Source: Candidatus Cloacimonadales bacterium (GTDB taxonomy: Bacteria; Cloacimonadota; Cloacimonadia; Cloacimonadales; JAIOQZ01). From it: 64,000 bases of DNA. Positions 57,722 through 64,000 of this stretch are shown here, piece after piece. The first letter of the stretch is position 1, and every line of letters starts with the position of its first letter. Location: positions 20,989-84,988 of the forward strand of contig CALODV010000013.1 in assembly GCA_942492065.1 (NCBI GenBank), written 5' to 3'. The notes below the pieces were generated by a model. That model was not told the origin of the DNA and ran no database searches. It saw nothing but the letters and a program-made list of their open reading frames with translations. A program made the translations under genes and the position numbers.

Positions 57722-59228
57722 TAACAAACCCTTAACCCTCAAGGAATATAATAAGCTGTTTGAGGACTTAATCGTAAATATAAAGTCTTCCACTCCTGCT
57801 TTTATTAATGACACTCCTGAGAAGCAGAAAAAGCGTATTGAGAGAGCTAAAAGAGATATCTTCTTTGCTGCAAAAACCTACTTTCCTCACCTTTGCGAAT
57901 CCGAGTTCGGAGATATTCATGTCGAAATGCATGCTGAAACTGAAGTCATGGGATCAGTCATTGGTGTGGCTGGTTTTAGAGGCATGGCTAAAACAACATT
58001 GCTCAGTGAGATAAAAACGACTTGGCAGGCAATGTTCAAGAAGATCAAGTACTGCTGTCAGGTTGCAATTGATGAGAAGTCAGCCATAGACAGATCTGCT
58101 GCTATATTCTACGAATTCAAGCACAATAAAAGGATTATTCACGACTTTGGCTACATGCTGAAAAGAGGATCCCAAAACCCGGGTAAATTCGTACTGAAGA
58201 ACGGAGTCAAAATCCATGCACTTGGCTATGGACAAGCTATCAGGGGTAAAAAACACATCGGAGCACGTCCGGACTGGATTGTGATAGATGACCTTGAAGC
58301 TCATGAAACTTATAATCCTGATATAGCAAAGAAAAAGCTGCAATACGTACTGGAAGAAGCCTATGGAGCTCTTGATAGAGGTCGTGGTCGTGTTGTCTGG
58401 CTTGGTAACCTTACTCACCGTAAATCAGCTTTAAATCTGTTCAAGAACAAATCAGATGAAAAACCTTCAAAATATAGAAAACTGCTTATTTACAAGCTGC
58501 TCATAGAGAAAAACGGCAAGCCATGTTCTGCGTGGAAAGAGCGTTTCACCATGGAGGATATCGAACGAATCCGGGAAGTCATGGGAGAACTTGGATTCCA
58601 GCGTCACATGCAGATGAATCCGATAGTCGAAGGGAACCTGATTAAGGAAAAATGGCTCAAATATTGGACTGTGCTTCCCACATTCGACAGACTCGTTACC
58701 TACTGCGATCCATCTTGGAAGGGAACTAAAACAAGCGACTTTAAGGCTATTGTCACAATTGGGTTATTCGAAGGACATTACTATATTGTGGATTTATGGG
58801 TAAGAAAGGCAACAATCTTGGATATGCTGCATCAAATGTATGACATACACAGGAGATTCCCACAGACAACGCTATTCATGGAAGCAAACTTCAACCAAGG
58901 TATGATCTGGGATGAAATTCCAAAGATATCAGATCAATATGGTTATCTGTTACCGGTTAACGAGGTTCTGAATATGGTTAATAAAGAAATACGAATCTCA
59001 AACCTTCAGCCTACATTCCAACGAGGATGGATCTATCTTCCGGATAAAATGACTGATGACAGAGAAGAACTCAGAGATGAGCTGCTTGCCTTCCCTTCAA
59101 CCGGCTTCCATGACGATGCTATAGATGCTCTTGCCGGTGCTATAACAGAGATGCCTTTACCAATTCAATCAAATGGAGACTTCAGGTCTGAAGGCTTGGA
59201 ATCAGAAAATCAATGCTATGTTGCATAA
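57702..59228 (+). CDS. Terminase large subunit (Mu gp28-like)
   Basis: Walker A AGFRGMAKTT, Walker B DWIVIDDLE, and C-terminal nuclease acidic residues (HDDAIDAL). ATG at 57702 after AAGGA. The track start at 57666 is upstream in frame. Confidence 0.8.
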   Translation: MASQEANNKPLTLKEYNKLFEDLIVNIKSSTPAFINDTPEKQKKRIERAKRDIFFAAKTYFPHLCESEFGDIHVEMHAETEVMGSVIGVAGFRGMAKTTLLSEIKTTWQAMFKKIKYCCQVAIDEKSAIDRSAAIFYEFKHNKRIIHDFGYMLKRGSQNPGKFVLKNGVKIHALGYGQAIRGKKHIGARPDWIVIDDLEAHETYNPDIAKKKLQYVLEEAYGALDRGRGRVVWLGNLTHRKSALNLFKNKSDEKPSKYRKLLIYKLLIEKNGKPCSAWKERFTMEDIERIREVMGELGFQRHMQMNPIVEGNLIKEKWLKYWTVLPTFDRLVTYCDPSWKGTKTSDFKAIVTIGLFEGHYYIVDLWVRKATILDMLHQMYDIHRRFPQTTLFMEANFNQGMIWDEIPKISDQYGYLLPVNEVLNMVNKEIRISNLQPTFQRGWIYLPDKMTDDREELRDELLAFPSTGFHDDAIDALAGAITEMPLPIQSNGDFRSEGLESENQCYVA

Positions 59229-59238
59229 GGAGACATAA

Positions 59239-61692
59239 ATGTTTAATAAATTATTCAACTTCAGAGCTAATAAATCAGAACCGATATCGGTGAAACCGGA
59301 CAAGATATCATACACAACTATCAAAGACGGTGAAGATCCTTATCTCGATACACCGATCACACCGGAGATTATTAAAAATGCTGTTCGTATGATGAAAGAA
59401 GGTGAACTGCTTGATATTCTGGCTTTGTACGACCTGATTATCGACAACAACGATAACCTCGCATCCTGTCTCGATATTCGCACTGAAGCATTAAAGTCTG
59501 TCAAATTCACAGTAGACAGTGATCTCCCGGATGCTCAGAAAGAATACTTTGATGATATCCTGAAGAAGTTCGGATCCGATCTTTGCGAGATGACTATAGA
59601 CATGAAAACCATGGGAATTGCCTTCAGACAAATGAAGTTCGAGCAGGATGGAAATCTCTGGCTTCCTTCCGAATTTACGACTTACAAAAACATAGATCTC
59701 AGGCTGGAAAACAAAAAACTTGTATTATATGACTCCTCAGGTAAGAAAAGCCTCGACAACCTGCAATTTGCCGTTTTTACAAAAAATAGATCTATTTTTC
59801 AATCTCTGCTGAAATACTATTCAATCAAGTATTTTGTGCTAACAAAATGGGTACAGATGACAGAACGTTACGGTCAACCTATGCGAGTTGGGAAATATCG
59901 CAATGGAGCTCCTGACAAAGAAAGAAATCAGCTTTGGAATATGCTGACTCAGATGGGATCTAAACTCGCTGCTATGGTTCCGGAAGGCACTGTAATCGAT
60001 TTTCAGGACTATGCAGATAAAAAAGGATCTGCTGACATCTATAAAATAGCAATGGACTACTGCGAAGAAAAAGAGACAAAACGAGTGCTCGGGCAAACCT
60101 TAACAACCACAGCCGAAAAATCCGGAACATACGCACAGGCAAAAGTCCACGACTTAGTCCGTAAAGACATTTTGAAAGGTGATATCCGGGACGCTGAACA
60201 TGTGATATCCAACATCCTGACAAAGCTCAACCGGCTCAATTTTAACGGTGAAGTTATACAAGTTGAAGGGAAAATTGACGAGCCTCTGAACAGAACGCAG
60301 GAGGTTGATATCGATGTCAAACTGAACGGCATCGGAGTTCAGCCGCCAGTCGAGTACTACATAGAAAAATACAATCTCCCGGAGGACACTGTCCTCGAAA
60401 AAAAAAACTCCATAATTCCGAACTCGAGTCCGGAACTCAGGCAGATAACTAACCTTATTGCAAATCGTAACAATCCACAAACTACTGGAGATAAACAACT
60501 TGATCAGGCTGTCAGAAATTACAAAACCCAGGTTCTCAAATCTGACAGCCCCGAAGATCTGAAATTCCCTTTTGAAATAGAAAAAGCCTTCGCAAATGCA
60601 CTTCTCCGGAAGATCAAAACCGGTTATCTTAAAGGCAAAAATAACACCAGAGCCAATGCCGGCAATCACTCAGTCAGCTATGACATTTATGATATCCAAG
60701 CTCTGCACGCCTTCCGGGCAGAAGCCTTCCAAGTCGCAGGAGTCCACAGCCAGAACATTCTGAAGGATCTCAAAGAAAGTGCATCCAAAGCCATCTCAGA
60801 AGGTGCAACATTCCACGACTGGCGTAAAGACGCACAAATAAAAGGTTTTGAGCTTCAAAATCCTTACTATGCACGAACTAACTTTAACACAGCAGTAAAT
60901 AACGCTTATCTTGCCGGGCAGTGGATAAATATTGAGAAACAGCAGGATATCTTCCCATACTTAGAATATAACTCTGCTATGATGGAGACAACTCGTCAAA
61001 GCCATGCAGATCTTCACGGTACAATTTTACCGGTTAACCATCCATTCTGGAACACACATTATCCGATAAACGACTGGAACTGTCACTGTTGGGTATCTCA
61101 ACTCACAAGGAAAGAAGCTGAAGAACATCAGAACTTTGGTAAAGCTGTTCCTGATATCGAGATCCCGGACGATTTTAAGAGAAATTCAGGCAAAGATCTC
61201 TGTTTGTGGGGGAAATGGATCGAGAGACAGAACATTCAGCCTAAAACGTGGCAGGATCACGGTTTGAAGCCAGCAAAAGAGTTATCTCAAAGCAGTAAAA
61301 CCAAAGCTCCCGAACTCCTCAAGCTTCCGGACGAAAAAGCATACAAAGATTATTACAACGAGCATCTCAAAGGCATTCATGAAGATGTAACCGGACATCC
61401 GGTTGAGTTGGGAGACTACTTCATAGATCATATCAGAGATAAGGATACAAAAGCAAGGACTGAAAGATTTGAGAAGTTCAGCAGGTTGTTACCTACAATC
61501 AAAAACGCTGATGAAGTGTGGTTGGGTAGAAATTCAGCAAATAAGGATATCGTTTATTACATCAAATATTTTGATAATGCTAAACCGGGTTTCTCTGTTG
61601 TTCTGGTTGAGAAAGGATCACTCACAACTTTCTATCAGGCAAAAGAAAACTACATTGATAAACAGAGAAAAGGCATCCTGATTCATGAATAA
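59239..61692 (+). CDS. Portal protein (Mu gp29/DUF935-like) fused to a C-terminal MuF-like head morphogenesis domain
   Basis: 817 aa. The C-terminal region has the MuF signature …TRQSHADLHGT…PP.H.NCHCW. The N-terminal ~430 aa have portal-like composition. Confidence 0.75.
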   Translation: MFNKLFNFRANKSEPISVKPDKISYTTIKDGEDPYLDTPITPEIIKNAVRMMKEGELLDILALYDLIIDNNDNLASCLDIRTEALKSVKFTVDSDLPDAQKEYFDDILKKFGSDLCEMTIDMKTMGIAFRQMKFEQDGNLWLPSEFTTYKNIDLRLENKKLVLYDSSGKKSLDNLQFAVFTKNRSIFQSLLKYYSIKYFVLTKWVQMTERYGQPMRVGKYRNGAPDKERNQLWNMLTQMGSKLAAMVPEGTVIDFQDYADKKGSADIYKIAMDYCEEKETKRVLGQTLTTTAEKSGTYAQAKVHDLVRKDILKGDIRDAEHVISNILTKLNRLNFNGEVIQVEGKIDEPLNRTQEVDIDVKLNGIGVQPPVEYYIEKYNLPEDTVLEKKNSIIPNSSPELRQITNLIANRNNPQTTGDKQLDQAVRNYKTQVLKSDSPEDLKFPFEIEKAFANALLRKIKTGYLKGKNNTRANAGNHSVSYDIYDIQALHAFRAEAFQVAGVHSQNILKDLKESASKAISEGATFHDWRKDAQIKGFELQNPYYARTNFNTAVNNAYLAGQWINIEKQQDIFPYLEYNSAMMETTRQSHADLHGTILPVNHPFWNTHYPINDWNCHCWVSQLTRKEAEEHQNFGKAVPDIEIPDDFKRNSGKDLCLWGKWIERQNIQPKTWQDHGLKPAKELSQSSKTKAPELLKLPDEKAYKDYYNEHLKGIHEDVTGHPVELGDYFIDHIRDKDTKARTERFEKFSRLLPTIKNADEVWLGRNSANKDIVYYIKYFDNAKPGFSVVLVEKGSLTTFYQAKENYIDKQRKGILIHE

Positions 61693-61807
61693 AAAAATGA
61701 GTGTTTAGGTCTGACTGCCTCACTTATCCTCGTATAGGTTTCCCATATAGTTAGTGACAGTCAAAAACCTTGCACTCATTTATAAAATATATTGCAGCAG
61801 TTATTTG

Positions 61808-62005
61808 TCAATTTGTTTTGAAGTAAATCTTGCGTACCCAGTCAAAACTCAATGCCCATTCTTCAGCAACCATACTGAAGGCTTCTTCTTTAGTGTATCC
61901 TCTGCCTTTATAATCATCAACAGCTATCCGGATTTTGCTATTGCGAATCTCTCTTCGCTGCTCTTTAGTTTTTCGTAGTCGTTTAATTCTCTTTGGCACT
62001 TTCAT
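61808..62005 (-). CDS. Small basic phage protein (possible regulator)
   Basis: 65 aa with an Arg/Lys-rich N-terminus. GAGAGG Shine-Dalgarno. Confidence 0.35.
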   Translation of the reverse strand: MKVPKRIKRLRKTKEQRREIRNSKIRIAVDDYKGRGYTKEEAFSMVAEEWALSFDWVRKIYFKTN

Positions 62006-62204
62006 ACCTCTCTAATTTATCTGTTATAATCTGTTTATTGTCTTCATCCTGATGTCTGAGCAAATCCTGCTCCAGCTCTGCCAACTCAAGCAGATAGTAC
62101 TTCCTCAAAGCACAAATCCTGTACTTCGCACTATCGCACCAGTTATGCCTGCAAAGCGGCACAGGACAGCCCATTTTTGCTCTATCAGGATTATTGTTTG
62201 CCAT
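61983..62204 (-). CDS. Small C4 zinc-finger protein
   Basis: 73 aa with CPVPLCRHNWC…C. AAGGAAG Shine-Dalgarno. Confidence 0.4.
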   Translation of the reverse strand: MANNNPDRAKMGCPVPLCRHNWCDSAKYRICALRKYYLLELAELEQDLLRHQDEDNKQIITDKLERYESAKEN

Positions 62205-62850
62205 GTTCTTCCTTCAGCTTCCTGTAAGCATAACTAAATTTGACCGGTGCTTGCGGATCCTTCATTTTTGCAAGAAACCATTGTGCCTGCATTTCAACCA
62301 ACTTCTGAGGCATTGGATACTTGTCATACTCCTTCTCATTCATACCGGCTACATAGTCCCGGAATGCTCCATAACTTGGAAACGCATACCATGGCTTTAA
62401 TTCTTCACGTACAGCCTTATTTTCCTTTGCCAGTTCTGCTGTCTTCTTGCGTTGTTCTTCGGCTTTCTCAGCCTTGATCTGCTCCTCCTGACGAAGAGCT
62501 TCAGCCAGATATCCACCGAACTTCTCAGAATTATAAAGCGTAGAAGGTCGCAGGTATTTAGACCATTCTGGAGTATTCAGCCACCGGTCGCACATGATAT
62601 TATTAACCTTCTTGAAATCCTCTACAGTGTAGCCTTCTGCCAATCTTGCCTTGATGTGACTTACTGCTTCCTTGGATTTAGGACTGAATCGGCTCTTACT
62701 TCTCACATTGAGATGCTGAATTACTTCTGCAACAACAGCAGGGAGTTTCAGCAGCAGTTTATAATGAGCTCGGAGAGAGTCTTTAACAGACTTCTCCCCG
62801 TGTATTGCTACCGCCTCATTATGTAGTTGTTTAAGCGTTTTCTGGCTCAT
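62191..62850 (-). CDS. Phage replication-associated protein with a Phg_2220_C (DnaD-like) domain
   Basis: Conserved block …SKEAVSHIKARLAEGYTVEDFKKV…WSKYLRPSTLYN.EKF.GYL.E. ATG at 62850 after GAGGTG. Confidence 0.55.
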   Translation of the reverse strand: MSQKTLKQLHNEAVAIHGEKSVKDSLRAHYKLLLKLPAVVAEVIQHLNVRSKSRFSPKSKEAVSHIKARLAEGYTVEDFKKVNNIMCDRWLNTPEWSKYLRPSTLYNSEKFGGYLAEALRQEEQIKAEKAEEQRKKTAELAKENKAVREELKPWYAFPSYGAFRDYVAGMNEKEYDKYPMPQKLVEMQAQWFLAKMKDPQAPVKFSYAYRKLKEEHGKQ

Positions 62851-63295
62851 CCTGCACCTCAAGATCATTGAAGTCTATTACAATTGCCTTACAGAAGATT
62901 TCACCGTCTTCCATGATGTTAAATTTGTGATGTTTAACCTTGGTTTGAATTTCCCAACTGCAAGAGCTGTCCGGACACCAGAGAGCGTCAATTTTGAGAG
63001 CATTTTTCTTGCGTTCTAAATACTTCTCGAACTCAATGTCGTACTCATCAAGTTCAAATTCGTACCTTTCAAAATCTGGACGCTGAATTAGTCCGGATTT
63101 ATCAAAAGGAATATCTGTTTTTCCATTATCTGCATAAGTTTCATCATGAAAGAGACCATCGTATTCCACAATATCATCAGAATAACCATAGACAACAAGC
63201 CAATTGTTTGCTTTGCAAATCTCTCTTTGTTCACCGGTCAACACAAATGGATATTCATCTACATTAAGCTGCTTTACAAATTCCTCTATTTTCAT
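62831..63295 (-). CDS. Highly acidic hypothetical protein
   Basis: 154 aa, about 25% Asp plus Glu. AGGAGG Shine-Dalgarno. Confidence 0.4.
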   Translation of the reverse strand: MKIEEFVKQLNVDEYPFVLTGEQREICKANNWLVVYGYSDDIVEYDGLFHDETYADNGKTDIPFDKSGLIQRPDFERYEFELDEYDIEFEKYLERKKNALKIDALWCPDSSCSWEIQTKVKHHKFNIMEDGEIFCKAIVIDFNDLEVQDEPENA

Positions 63296-63303
63296 TGTTC
63301 CTC

Positions 63304-63903
63304 CTATATTGCTGAAAAGTTAAGCGTTACAAGCTTGAATTGTTTGTTTGGGGCAGGTCTCTGATAGAAGGCTATGTATTGTTTTGTAGATGTAACCTGA
63401 ATAGCTTCATCAATCAAGTTCATAGCTTTTTCCCATTCCTCATCCTTAATCTTATACTTGCGAAGTCCGAGGATTTTGCTCTTAGCAATCAAGCCTTTTG
63501 TATCGACTTGAAAGGCTTCTTTTATTATCGACTGAAGATTGATGTTCGTGTCTTTGCTCCATCTTGTCAGACAATTATCAATTTTTTGCTTGGCAATCTG
63601 GAGCTCTGCACCAAATTGAATATGTTCACGGTAGCGGATTTCTATCTTGTATTGACCATCAAAGCTCAGGAGTTCGGTGTTGCCCTTCCAAGACTCACCA
63701 TACTGCTCTGCTAATTCGGTCAAATAAGCTTCAATTTCCGCTACCATCTTTTGCTTTTCTTTCTCAATCCGATCGTGCAGCTTAAGTGCTCTTCCCATTG
63801 CACGACTAACTATCCTATCTCGGCTGATGATGTTAGGATCAAGAATCTTTACCGGGTATTCTCTACCATGTTCATCAACCAGTGTTTTCTCTTTTCTAGC
63901 CAT
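63304..63903 (-). CDS. DUF3164-like protein (family common in Mu-like prophage early regions)
   Basis: 199 aa with family resemblance by overall pattern. AAAAGGAGAA Shine-Dalgarno. Confidence 0.45.
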   Translation of the reverse strand: MARKEKTLVDEHGREYPVKILDPNIISRDRIVSRAMGRALKLHDRIEKEKQKMVAEIEAYLTELAEQYGESWKGNTELLSFDGQYKIEIRYREHIQFGAELQIAKQKIDNCLTRWSKDTNINLQSIIKEAFQVDTKGLIAKSKILGLRKYKIKDEEWEKAMNLIDEAIQVTSTKQYIAFYQRPAPNKQFKLVTLNFSAI

Positions 63904-63940
63904 TTGTTCTCCTTTTACTTATAATCTTTGATCTTTTGTC

Positions 63941-64000
63941 TCAAGAATGTAATTTTAGCTTCCTGTTCGTCATAAAACTCAAGTGAACTCTCAAGATATA
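63941..64000 (-). CDS. 3' end of a further minus-strand phage ORF entering from beyond the window
   Basis: Open frame …YILRVHLSFMTNRKLKLHS* ending at a TGA at 63941, followed by the Shine-Dalgarno of the next gene. Confidence 0.25.
   Translation of the reverse strand, partial: YILRVHLSFMTNRKLKLHS

Larger units (their letters stand above)
43690..64000. mobile_element. Prophage with a Mu-type head and packaging module and a siphovirus-type tail. Its right part extends beyond the window.
   Basis: Continuous block of phage structural, lysis, packaging and early-like genes. Host hydrogenase genes end at 43.4 kb. Confidence 0.8.

Overview
This is a low-GC, densely packed bacterial segment with strong AGGAGG-type ribosome-binding sites. 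I have read it as three blocks.

(1) Positions 1–24.6 kb are housekeeping genes, mostly on the + strand:
- the C-terminal part of a radical-SAM/SPASM protein;
- lon, add, pyrE, a pdxA–methyltransferase fusion, and asd;
- radC, miaA, a PpiC-type PPIase, pdxJ, and an LpxL-like acyltransferase;
- a TGS–uridine-kinase-like protein, secA, topA, an orphan FtsX/MacB permease, and gtrA.

(2) Positions 24.8–43.4 kb hold a cell-envelope and energy block:
- a ~1850-aa secreted repeat protein (MAM-like/Fn3 units, CARDB, CarboxypepD-reg domains, and a T9SS-type C-terminal sorting domain), followed by an NfeD–flotillin pair;
- on the − strand, a complete Rex-associated [FeFe] hydrogenase locus. Its order is rex, a cysteine-free thioredoxin-like subunit, hydC (NuoE-like), hydB (NuoF-like) and hydA, then a TM1266-like ACT protein, hydG, an aspartase homolog, hydE and hydF.

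(3) From about 43.7 kb to the window end is a prophage with a Mu-type head and packaging module and a siphovirus-like tail:
- Mu-type proteins: gpI-like protease/scaffold, gpT-like capsid, G-like morphogenesis protein, terminase large subunit, and a portal fused to a MuF domain;
- a 989-aa tape measure, a GH108 endolysin, and a terminal orphan Dam methylase;
- an early-like region with Phg_2220_C and DUF3164-like proteins.

The prophage/host junction carries six direct repeats of a ~19-bp TTCAC…GGCGAAAA motif. This resembles a transposable-phage (MuA-type) end-binding site array.

Other points worth a second look:
- a non-canonical HydA L1 motif (TSCSPGW);
- Cys-less thioredoxin-fold modules in the hydrogenase operon;
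- an SD-sequestering terminator hairpin in front of the maturase genes;
- the pdxA–methyltransferase fusion.

No rRNA, tRNA or CRISPR array was recognised.

The ORF track accepts GTG/TTG starts. I re-derived several starts from ATG plus Shine-Dalgarno context. Hand-counted coordinates may be off by 1–2 nt.
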